The notes: generated by a model not told the origin, from the sequence alone. Shown: positions 1 through 8,052, counted from the first letter of the stretch. The stretch: DNA of 64,000 bases from an uncultured Gammaproteobacteria bacterium (GCA_963753755.1 CAVWDM010000023.1:8190-72189), one strand, 5' to 3'. Made by a program: numbers and translations.

Positions 1-35
1 GTAATATCGAAACTCCATGTAATCTAATCCAACCA

Positions 36-237
36 TTAGGCTTTCCGTCTAGCCAGTCCAGCAAGACCCAACAGGCCGGGGCAGTAGAGCCAGAGGGCTG
101 AAGGGACTACCTGCGAAAATAGGTGTGATGACATCGAAATCGTATAGTAAAAGGTCAACATGTTTCTGGTTCACTGAAAATGCTGGCTCACATGGAGGTG
201 CAAAGCAGTCATCCTCAGTTTCCTCATATGTAACCAC
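36..237 (-). pseudogene. Degenerate VPLPA/PEP-CTERM protein 3' fragment
   Basis: The minus frame ending at TAA 36-38 reads ...QVVPSALWLYCPGLLGLAGLARRKA*, an exosortase-type sorting signal. The upstream ORF 49..237 is in another frame (frameshift) and has no signal peptide. Confidence 0.65.
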
Positions 238-523
238 ATCATGAGGAGTGTATTGAGGGCAAACTGACTAAAGCTTCAACCAGCAGACGTGATCGCTTCA
301 CACTGACCTCGCTGTAAATTCTATTTATACCAGTCCCGATGTCCTGTTGTCGGCTGATTGTATCGAGACTTCACCGCATGAACAGGATGTCGGTTCTCAG
401 AACGTTTGATAACTGCACCACGAAAACAATCTCCGGCTAGATCTCTCAAGTGCGAACTGATGTCGTCGATAGTAATCACTCGGTTTCTGGATTTGCACTC
501 TGGTGCATGGAGAGCAGTAAATT

Positions 524-952
524 ATGGTTCGTCATTCAAGTAAAAGTGGTTTTAGACATTGCCTGACTGCTGCGGCAATGGCCGTTCAACTGGCCGGGTG
601 CGGTGGTGAGGACAACGGTTTTGATAGCTCAGCCTCTTCAACAGTGCCAGCTAACCGTGCCTATAGTTCAGCCTCTTCAGCGCCGACAACCGGCAGTGCT
701 ACCTTAAACTGGGTTGCTCCTGTTGCGAGAGCAGATGGGTCGCCCATCTCGCTGGCGGATATTGACGGTTACCGGGTCTACTATGGGGCGACCAAAGGTA
801 ACTATACAAATCGTACTGATGTCACTGATGGTACTGCCGAGGGGGCTGTCCTGAGAGGCCTTCCCCCAGGAACTATCTATATTGTTGTCACGACCTATGA
901 CACTGCTGGACGTGAGAGTGCTTACTCGGACGTGGTCATTAGAAAGATCTAG
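524..952 (+). CDS. Lipoprotein with fibronectin type III-like domain
   Basis: Lipobox LAGC, Ser/Thr-rich linker, then GSATLNWVAP...DGYRVYYG...YIVVTTYD..GRES (FN3-like). Confidence 0.75.
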   Translation: MVRHSSKSGFRHCLTAAAMAVQLAGCGGEDNGFDSSASSTVPANRAYSSASSAPTTGSATLNWVAPVARADGSPISLADIDGYRVYYGATKGNYTNRTDVTDGTAEGAVLRGLPPGTIYIVVTTYDTAGRESAYSDVVIRKI

Positions 953-1228
953 TCAGCTACCCGTATTCGGAGATTTAGCTTCATTCCCGGTATACCAATT
1001 CCAGCAGCGCAAAAAAGCCGGACTCCGATGCAGTCATCGGGTCACTATTATTGTGACTCCGTGGGTTTCGACTATGCCAGTAGCCCTCTGTGTCGGAATG
1101 CTTGCCTAATAGGATCACAGATGCACGGTTACTTTCTGTTTGCAGAAAGGACGGTTACCCCGCTAGCGGTCATTTACTAACAACATTGTTGAAATAATTC
1201 TGCCTGCACTGTTGGCAAAGTCTGACAG

Positions 1229-1308
1229 GCGCCGCAACCTCACCGGGTGATGCTGTGTTTGTACTCGAGGTAGACACCTGTCTGCGAGCCGTCAATCAGG
1301 AGAGGGCG
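1229..1308. repeat. Dispersed module X, copy 1
   Basis: Core CGAGGTAGACACCTGTC (1266-1282) is identical to 40782-40798, with similar flanks on both sides. Confidence 0.7.
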
Positions 1309-1507
1309 TGCCACCGAAGAAGGCCGCTTACATTACCGCAACATCCAGAGACTCTGGAACGATGGTGCGATGAGTCCAGATTCTGACAATGTTGAGGAAA
1401 TCGGCCACATCCTGTTGTACAGCATCACAATCACTTGATGCATGCCGCTAGAACCCGACATATTGACTGCAGAGCAGGATGGTCATTGCGGTGAACGCAG
1501 CGGAGGG

Positions 1508-1542
1508 GCACTGTAAAGGTCACATACTGAAGGTCGATACAA
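1508..1542. repeat. Dispersed module Y, copy 1
   Basis: gcactgtaaaggtcacatactgaaggtcgatacaa aligns by eye at about 27/35 with 4433-4467. Confidence 0.55.
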
Positions 1543-1621
1543 GGGGTGTTGTAATTGTAGTGTAAAGGTCACTGCGGCAAGCGTCCTCCTCCTCTTGCTT
1601 GCCGTAGTGGCCGTCTTCATT

Positions 1622-1716
1622 TGTACCTAAGGACAATATACAGCCTGGGGCTTTATGTCATATCTTTTTACTTAGTGGCGTAACGATAATAGTAATCCTC
1701 CAATCAACGTCACTAG
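1622..1716. repeat. Dispersed module Z, copy 1
   Basis: TGTACCTAAGGACAATA (1622-1638) followed by TTATG-C-TAT, GTGGCG and GTCAC blocks also seen at 4287 and 40855. Confidence 0.8.
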
Positions 1717-1757
1717 TATGAACTGCATCAGGGAAGTAGCAGGGCATCTATCTTACG

Positions 1758-1781
1758 GCCACCCCTCGGGGTGGCTTTTTT
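1758..1781 (+). terminator. Rho-independent terminator; group IIC intron target
   Basis: GCCACCCC-TC-GGGGTGGC hairpin plus TTTTTT; the intron 5' end GTGCG follows at 1784. Confidence 0.9.
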
Positions 1782-1783
1782 AT

Positions 1784-2415
1784 GTGCGCCCAGCATGGGC
1801 GCGATTCTGGAGGTGGAAGTCCTCCCGTGAGTTGACCACAGCGAACGAAGTGAAGCGCAACTGCATGAGGGTGACCGATTGTGGGGAGGAAGCGTGGAGC
1901 GAAGCCGTGAGCCGATGGACAAGAACCGGATACGAGGCGGTGCCGAGCAGGGTGAGCGGGCATGAAATCGCGAAGCTCTTGTGGTCAAGGCTCAGGCGGC
2001 GTAAATCCGGCGGTTGTGCGGTGAAGGATCGCGTTCTTACCTGGGGAGATCTCGCCTTGTGCCTGAAAGGGCGACGGTGATGAACCGGAGCGAGAAGTCA
2101 GCAGAGGTCATAGTAGCTGCCAGCATGGAGCGAAGGGCCGAAGGAATAGGAGAGGGAGTCCTCTGGTTCTCGGATTTGGAATGTCTCAGATGTTCGCAGA
2201 AGCGAAGCTCGTCGTTATGGCTTGTAAGGTGAAGCCCGATAAGCTACGGCAGCGAGAAACCGAATCGGGCGGATCAGAAACAAGCAACCTCAGGAGGTGT
2301 GCCGGGATTGACTCAAGTGCGCCGACCTCAACTATTCCAACCGCCCGGTGCGGACCCGCATGCCGGGTGGTGTGGGAGGGGCTCGGTCAGGTTTCCTGAC
2401 CGCCCCTATCCCGAT
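1784..2415 (+). mobile_element. ORF-less group IIC intron
   Basis: 5' GTGCGCCCAGCATGGG; DV AACCGCCCGGTGCGGACCCGCATGCCGGGTGGTG with CGC triad; DVI ending CCCCTATCCCGAT; DIV only about 200 nt with no RT ORF. Confidence 0.9.
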
Positions 2416-4250
2416 GTGCGCCCAGCATGGGCGCGATTCTGGAGGTGGAAGTCCTCCCGTGAGTTGACCACAGCGAACGAAGTGAAGCGCAACTGCATGA
2501 GGGTGACCGATTGTGGGGAGGAAGCGTGGAGCGAAGCCGTGAGCCGATGGACAAGAACCGGATACGAGGCGGTGCCGAGCAGGGTGAGCGGGCATGAAAT
2601 CGCGAAGCTCTTGTGGTCAAGGCTCAGGCGGCGTAAATCCGGCGGTTGTGCGGTGAAGGATCGCGTTCTTACCTGGGGAGATCTCGCCTTGTGCCTGAAA
2701 GGGCGACGGTGATGAACCGGAGCGAGAAGTCAGCAGAGGTCATAGTAGCCGCAAGGCGAAGGACCGAACGAGAAGGAGAGTCGACTGTCATGTCGCTTGG
2801 CACTGCAAGGCATCAGAAGCCCGGGCAACCGGGGCGAACTGCCGAGGGGGAAGGTGAAGCCCGACCCGAAGCATTTCGTGATGAAGCAGGGCTGGCGCGG
2901 CATGAATCGCAAGGCTCGGGGCGAGCTGACCTGCTTGGGCAGGTGCTCGCGAGAGGGAACCTGGTCGTGGCATGGAAACGTGTCAAGGCCAATCGCGGCA
3001 GTGCGGGGGTAGATGGACTGACGATCCAGGCCACGGCCGAGTACCTCAAGACCCACTGGTCCCAGATCAAGGAGGCGCTGCAAAATGGCAGCTACCGGCC
3101 TCAGCCGGTGCGCCGCGTGCAGATACCCAAGTCTGGGGGCGGTATGAGGGAGCTGGGGATACCGACCGTGACGGATCGATTGATTCAGCAAGCCCTACTG
3201 CAAGTCCTGCAGCCATTGATTGATCCGACGTTTTCCAACCATAGCTATGGCTTCCGACCGGGCCGACGGGCGCATGACGCTGTGCTGACTGCGCAGCATT
3301 ATGTTCAAGAAGGTTATCGGGTGGTGGTCGATGTGGATCTGGAGAAGTTCTTCGACCGGGTCAATCACGACGTGCTCATGGATCGGCTGGCGAGACGTAT
3401 CGACGATAAGGCCGTACTGCGGCTGATACGGCGATATCTCAACGCGGGTGTCATGGATAACGGTGTGGTCATGGAGCGGTACGAGGGTACGCCGCAAGGC
3501 GGGCCACTTTCGCCGCTACTGGCCAATGTGTTGCTGGACGAGGTGGATCAGGAACTGGAGCGACGGGGCCATCGGTTCGTGCGCTACGCCGATGACTGCA
3601 ATGTGTATGTGCGCAGTCAGAAGGCCGGCGAGCGAGTCCTCAATGGTTTGCGCAAGCTCTACAACCGGCTCCATCTGAAGGTAAACGAAGCTAAAAGCGC
3701 GGTGGCCAGCGCCTATGGCCGTGCCTTTCTCGGCTACGAGTTGTGGTGTTCGGGCGGGGACATGGTCAAGCGGGGTGTTGCGCATAAGGCAACGGTCGCC
3801 TTCAAACGGCGCATCCGGCAGATTACCCGCCGGACGTGCGGGCGTAACCTGAGCGAGGTAGCGGAGGAACTGCGGCGATATGTGCCGGGCTGGAATGGTT
3901 ATTTCAAGCTGGCACAGACACCAAAGGTCTTTCGCGAACTGGACGAATGGTTGCGACACCGTCTGCGTGCCTTGCAGCTCAAACACTGGCGCCGCGGAAC
4001 GACGGTTTATCGGGAGTTACGGGCCTTGGGTGCGAGTTCGGATCAAGCGGCACGAGTGGCGGGTAATGCCCGCCGCTGGTGGCGTACCAGCTGCTTGCTG
4101 CTGAACTGGCTCATGCCTATTGCCTACTTCGATCGTCTCGGTGTTCCCCGACTCTCATGACCTCAACTTCTCGAACCGCCCGGTGCGGACCCGCATGCCG
4201 GGTGGTGTGGGAGGGGCTCGGTCAGGTATCCTGACCGCCCCTATCCCGAT
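2416..4250 (+). mobile_element. Full-length group IIC intron encoding RT/maturase
   Basis: Starts GTGCG directly after copy 1, ends CCCCTATCCCGAT at 4250, and has the RT ORF in DIV. Confidence 0.95.
2790..4160 (+). CDS. ltrA: Group II intron reverse transcriptase/maturase (class C, no endonuclease domain)
   Basis: Motifs GSAGVDG, RELGIPTVTDR, SYGFRPGR, DLEKFFD, GTPQGGPLSPLL, RYADD and a thumb/X domain (GWNGYF). ATG 2790 follows AAGGAGAG; the ORF-track start 2646 lies inside the ribozyme. Confidence 0.95.
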   Translation: MSLGTARHQKPGQPGRTAEGEGEARPEAFRDEAGLARHESQGSGRADLLGQVLARGNLVVAWKRVKANRGSAGVDGLTIQATAEYLKTHWSQIKEALQNGSYRPQPVRRVQIPKSGGGMRELGIPTVTDRLIQQALLQVLQPLIDPTFSNHSYGFRPGRRAHDAVLTAQHYVQEGYRVVVDVDLEKFFDRVNHDVLMDRLARRIDDKAVLRLIRRYLNAGVMDNGVVMERYEGTPQGGPLSPLLANVLLDEVDQELERRGHRFVRYADDCNVYVRSQKAGERVLNGLRKLYNRLHLKVNEAKSAVASAYGRAFLGYELWCSGGDMVKRGVAHKATVAFKRRIRQITRRTCGRNLSEVAEELRRYVPGWNGYFKLAQTPKVFRELDEWLRHRLRALQLKHWRRGTTVYRELRALGASSDQAARVAGNARRWWRTSCLLLNWLMPIAYFDRLGVPRLS

Positions 4251-4286
4251 TTGAATCTCAGTAGCGGGCCGGCAACCATGTCCGGT

Positions 4287-4370
4287 TGTACCTAAGGACA
4301 ATAGTCAGACCTGGCGTTATGCCTTATCGTGTAAAACAGGTGGCGCTCCACTTCTTCTACTCGTCACTAA
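4287..4370. repeat. Dispersed module Z, copy 2
   Basis: TGTACCTAAGGACAATA at 4287-4303 plus TTATGCCTTAT, GTGGCG and GTCACTA. Confidence 0.8.
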
Positions 4371-4432
4371 CACGCCCTGTGATTCACTCCCACAGTGCGT
4401 GTTTCTATGTCTGCAGCCTTCATGGCGTGGCG

Positions 4433-4467
4433 ACAGTATAAAGACCACATGCAGAAGGTTGATACAA
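4433..4467. repeat. Dispersed module Y, copy 2
   Basis: acagtataaagaccacatgcagaaggttgatacaa, similar to 1508-1542. Confidence 0.55.
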
Positions 4468-4742
4468 CTAGCACAAGTCGAGAGCGGTCGCTGATGTGGC
4501 TGTCCTCATACTGGCGGTGTTCCATCATTGCAGAATACAGCTCTTCATAGGGTGTCGTTTATTGTTCAATGCAGACCTTGATTACAACGATGTTTACTTG
4601 TTTAGATCTCCAGTGACAAGTGCGGGCAGCAAACTTCTGCATGGCCAGCTTGTCGCAGCCAGACAATGGTCTGGCACGTAGTGGTTACCGTGTATTTTTT
4701 AGCGGGCATAATATTATCCATGGTACCTTCTAGTTGGTTTTC

Positions 4743-4768
4743 AGGCGGCCTCAGGGTCGCCTTTTTTT
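4743..4768 (+). terminator. Rho-independent terminator
   Basis: AGGCGGCC-TCAG-GGTCGCCT followed by a T run. Confidence 0.75.
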
Positions 4769-4853
4769 ACGTGGAATGTACGTAGAACCTTAGAGCAATA
4801 GTATGACTTGCTGAAATTGGACATGATTGTAACCGTGCAACTTTCTGGAAAGC

Positions 4854-4991
4854 ATGATGGAAATACATATCTTGGCAATGCTCTGTATATCAGTAGGGAT
4901 AGTCTCAATACTGGGTGGACTGATCTGGTACTTGTCGATGCGGTCGTTGCCCTATGAACGGAATATTACTCATCAGAGACATCATTACTAA
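4854..4991 (+). CDS. Putative 45-aa single-pass membrane protein
   Basis: MMEIHILAMLCISVGIVSILGGLIWYLSMRSLPYERNITHQRHHY*; hydrophobic N-terminal half; below the ORF-track cutoff. Confidence 0.4.
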   Translation: MMEIHILAMLCISVGIVSILGGLIWYLSMRSLPYERNITHQRHHY

Positions 4992-5218
4992 CGGGCTAGA
5001 ACGCATCAGCGGGTAAAGACTCCCGCTTGGTATCGGTCAGTAGCTTGTGATAGCCCGGACAGCTGGCCAGCAAGTTCTTGTCAGCATGGCAGGACAGAAG
5101 GTCAGAATCAGTCATCGGGCTGTTCATAGTCTGGTTGCTCATCATCAGGTTCATTATTCCGCGACTGCCCAGGGTAGCGGTATGGGGCTTGCCGTATATT
5201 AAGTATCTATGTTCACAA

Positions 5219-5315
5219 ATAAAAAAGGCGGCTGGTTAGGGAGGGCAGCCGCCTTGATAGAGAACTTCAAAGAATCTCTCAACACACGTCTGGATAGGGG
5301 GGAGAAGACGTGTGA
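5219..5315 (-). ncRNA. Candidate sRNA with C/U-rich loops and intrinsic terminator
   Basis: Stem 5283-5291/5306-5314; terminator stem 5225-5234/5246-5255 plus U-tract; TAGTAT -10-like element at 5321-5326 on the minus strand. Confidence 0.45.
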
Positions 5316-5579
5316 GTGTCATACTAGGCGAAATGCAGTACGACTTCGATGTGACATAGTGTCGCACCGCAAAATACTGAAGACGTTCGCCTGAAGATTA
5401 TCAAATCGCCATATCACAGCTTCTCATCCGGCCGTTATGACGGTTCGCTGACTGATGTCGCACGGACGCAGCTCTTTTCCTCATTGTTACCAACACCGTA
5501 TGTATTTATGAGATACCGCTACACGTTTGGGCGGCTACTGCGATGCATGGTATTAGGCAAGTATTGTGTCATTAAAAAT

Positions 5580-5662
5580 TGTTACTGAATGGCGACAATA
5601 TATACCCATATTTTTCTGTTAGTTAGATAGTTCTAATCAGAGGCTGTCGGGAACAGGCGACA
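5580..5662 (+). promoter_or_regulatory. Two TGT-N12-ACA palindromes (putative enhancer-binding-protein sites)
   Basis: TGTTACTGAATGGCGACA 5580-5597 and TGTCGGGAACAGGCGACA 5645-5662, upstream of a sigma-54 promoter. Confidence 0.45.
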
Positions 5663-5748
5663 CATTCGCCTGTTCAGTAGGTTGTAATCTATTTGTAATT
5701 CCGCATTAGTTCCTGTTTTTCATTTCCTTAGGCTTGTACCGTTCTATA

Positions 5749-5763
5749 TGGCACGGCTATTGC
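5749..5763 (+). promoter_or_regulatory. Sigma-54 -24/-12 promoter
   Basis: TGGCACG-GCTA-TTGC matches TGGCACR-N4-TTGC. Confidence 0.8.
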
Positions 5764-5819
5764 CTGTGAACGTCGATACGCCCATTTCTAACGCCCAGCC
5801 CAGGAAGGAAACAGTTCCA

Positions 5820-7388
5820 ATGACAATCCATCAGTTTAATTCTACATCTCGATACTTGAAGTTCTTTATTTTATCTGTGTTTTTGTTTGCTGTGCACGGT
5901 GCGGCTGAGGCAAAAGATCTATGGGTGGATATCCTCTCACTGGGAGGTAGCTGTTCCGATGCGCGTAATCGAGACCAGGTTGGTCCTGCGACACCCTGGT
6001 GTAATCTGGGTCCGGCCGGTGAGCAGGCCCTTGCTGGCGATGTCGTCACGGTGAGAAGAGGTACCTACGCCAAACTTCACACCTGCCAAAAGTGTTACGA
6101 CACCTTTGTGTTTGAAGTCGTGAACAGTGGGACAAGTTCCGCCTGGATCAAATTTCGTTCATTACCTGGCGAGAAAGTGATCATATCGGGAAATGGCGGT
6201 GTTTCTCACGGCATTGGTGTCCTTCAAAACCGGAATTTTGGTGAGAAACCCCGATTTATCTCACTGCAAGGCTTCGAAGTACGTGACTTTGGACCCGAAG
6301 GCTTTTGTACCTGGGTGCGGTCCACCTCTGATGTTGTCCTGAAAGACCTCGACATCCATGGCTGCAGCCTGGGAGCGGTTGAGCTTCACGATACCGCGCG
6401 CGTTACCGTCGAAGATAGCCGTATACATGACAATCCAATGAGCGGATGGACCAGCGCAGTAGACCTCTACCGTTGCAGAGAAGGCCACATCATTCGACGA
6501 AACCTCATCTGGAACAATACGGATACTGATCCCGCCGAGAGCGAGGGCCATGGAATAATCATGGACGTATGTAAAGACTATGGTGGAAGTGCTGTCATAG
6601 AAAGCAACGTGATATGGGAGAATGAAGGGTGGTGCATAGTCGCAAACTGGGCAGACAACAGCATTGTGCGTAACAACACCTGCTGGATGAATGGCAACGG
6701 CCGCGCAGAGACGGGTGAAATTATCGTCGGCGACAACAATCATAGTATTCACAACAATATCACTGTACCCCGGTCAGGCCGACTCGGGCTTGCCATGAAG
6801 TACGGTGAAGGTAATACGTTTGAATACAATCTGGTACATGGAGGAAACTGGCTTTTGACATGGCCTGAGAACCTGTACCTGATGAACGAAGATCCAATGT
6901 TCGTCAATCCTGGTGCCGGGGACTTCCGCCTTAGGGCAGGCTCACCGGCTATTGATTCCGGTGACAACGCCAACGCGGCTTCCAGTGACGCTGACGGCAA
7001 TGCACGCCCACAGGATGGAAGTAACCTTGGCTACTCTATGGTAGATCTTGGTGCGTATGAATATACCCAGAGCGACTCCGGTAACGGTAATCCCGCATTG
7101 GACAGTGACAATGACGGTATTGCCGATAACCAGGACAATTGCACGCTGGTACCCAATAGTAGCCAGCTGGATACCAATGGGGATGGTTTCGGCAACAGCT
7201 GCGATCCGGACTTTAACCAGAACCTGGTTGTTGATCCGAATGATCATTCAGCCCTCAAGGCCGTCCTGGGGCAGTCCGGGCATCCAGACGAGGATATGAA
7301 TGGCAACGGTATCGTGGATCCGGAAGACTTCTCGATTCTCAAGTCCTTTCTGGGCCAGCCACCGGGGCCATCCTGCTGTGCACTATAG
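5820..7388 (+). CDS. Secreted parallel beta-helix protein with choice-of-anchor-Q-like region, thrombospondin type-3 repeats and dockerin-like tail
   Basis: Signal peptide (...VHGAAEA), beta-helix repeats, DPMFV..DFRL..SPAIDSG..DLGAYE, DSDNDGIADNQDNC...DGFGNSCD, DMNGNGIVD, and a QPPGPSCCAL end. Start moved to ATG 5820 (RBS AGGAAGG) because 5748 overlaps the promoter. Confidence 0.85.
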   Translation: MTIHQFNSTSRYLKFFILSVFLFAVHGAAEAKDLWVDILSLGGSCSDARNRDQVGPATPWCNLGPAGEQALAGDVVTVRRGTYAKLHTCQKCYDTFVFEVVNSGTSSAWIKFRSLPGEKVIISGNGGVSHGIGVLQNRNFGEKPRFISLQGFEVRDFGPEGFCTWVRSTSDVVLKDLDIHGCSLGAVELHDTARVTVEDSRIHDNPMSGWTSAVDLYRCREGHIIRRNLIWNNTDTDPAESEGHGIIMDVCKDYGGSAVIESNVIWENEGWCIVANWADNSIVRNNTCWMNGNGRAETGEIIVGDNNHSIHNNITVPRSGRLGLAMKYGEGNTFEYNLVHGGNWLLTWPENLYLMNEDPMFVNPGAGDFRLRAGSPAIDSGDNANAASSDADGNARPQDGSNLGYSMVDLGAYEYTQSDSGNGNPALDSDNDGIADNQDNCTLVPNSSQLDTNGDGFGNSCDPDFNQNLVVDPNDHSALKAVLGQSGHPDEDMNGNGIVDPEDFSILKSFLGQPPGPSCCAL

Positions 7389-7410
7389 ATAACATCATAA
7401 ATCATCAACA

Positions 7411-7440
7411 GCGGCGGCCTTCTGGCCGTCGTTTTTGTTT
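7411..7440 (+). terminator. Rho-independent terminator
   Basis: GCGGCGGCC-TTCT-GGCCGTCGT plus T-rich tail. Confidence 0.7.
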
Positions 7441-7688
7441 CAACGAATAATTGAAATAGACACTGGTTGATGTTCGATATGTAAACAAAAGGGAAAAAGA
7501 GCGAATCATCCGGAATAATGTCTGGGCAATTGCGGCAAAGTCTAATTGATAGGAAAACGGCAGTTAGCTGGAATAGCACTGAGTGTGAGTGCCGCTGATT
7601 CAACCAATTGGCGCAACAAATGATTCCTGATTGCTGAGCGGCCGATAAACAGTGATAACCGGTCAACGACTGACCTTTTGGTGTATAT

Positions 7689-7711
7689 AAAAATGGCTCC
7701 CGAAGGAGCCA
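7689..7711 (-). terminator. Terminator downstream of VPLPA-CTERM remnant
   Basis: TGGCTCC-CGAA-GGAGCCA with an A-tract on the left (U-tract on the minus strand). Confidence 0.7.
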
Positions 7712-7732
7712 CTGTATCGAGGCGGTAACCGC

Positions 7733-7924
7733 TTACGTTTTCTTTCGCCCAAGCATGCCAAGCAGGCCCATCAGTCCGGAGCCAAAGAGCCAGACGGATG
7801 CCGGGAGAGGAACCGCCTGAATCTGCATCCCGGCAAGTGCAGAATTCACCCCGAATAGCCCCCCGGCTATCGGAAAATCCTGGATTTGCAGTTGACCACT
7901 ACCATCACCAATGACTGCGAACTG
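7733..7924 (-). pseudogene. 5'-truncated VPLPA-CTERM protein
   Basis: Frame QFAVIGDGSG...QIQAVPLPASVWLFGSGLMGLLGMLGRKKT*; in-frame TGA at 7925-7927 directly upstream; no signal peptide. Confidence 0.8.
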
Positions 7925-8052
7925 TCATAGCGAGGGGGCGCAACGTTATCCTGGTGACGGCATATTGTTTTATACCTGCGAACAAGGTTGCGTAAATTTG
8001 TGCGTGCGGGTAGCCGTTCCGTTACCCGGTGGTACCCTGCTGTCCCAGTCTG

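Noticed and set aside
438-455. TAGATCTC...CAAGTGCG similarity to 4603-4624
   Set aside because: Two short blocks with a gap; compatible with chance.
1718-2712. Duplicated ORFs (120/137 aa and antisense partners) in the ORF track
   Set aside because: They are translations of the repeated intron ribozyme, not proteins.
2646-2789. N-terminal extension of the RT ORF
   Set aside because: It lies in the ribozyme domains; ATG 2790 has an RBS and gives a normal class C protein length.
2790-4160. RT as retron, DGR, CRISPR-RT or defence RT
   Set aside because: It has full group II intron ends, DV/DVI and a maturase domain; no cas genes, TR/VR pair or msr-msd seen.
1622-4370. Module Z as integron attC sites or CRISPR repeats
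   Set aside because: GTTRRRY is not conserved in all copies, there is no RYYYAAC partner, no integrase or cas gene, and no regular spacer array.
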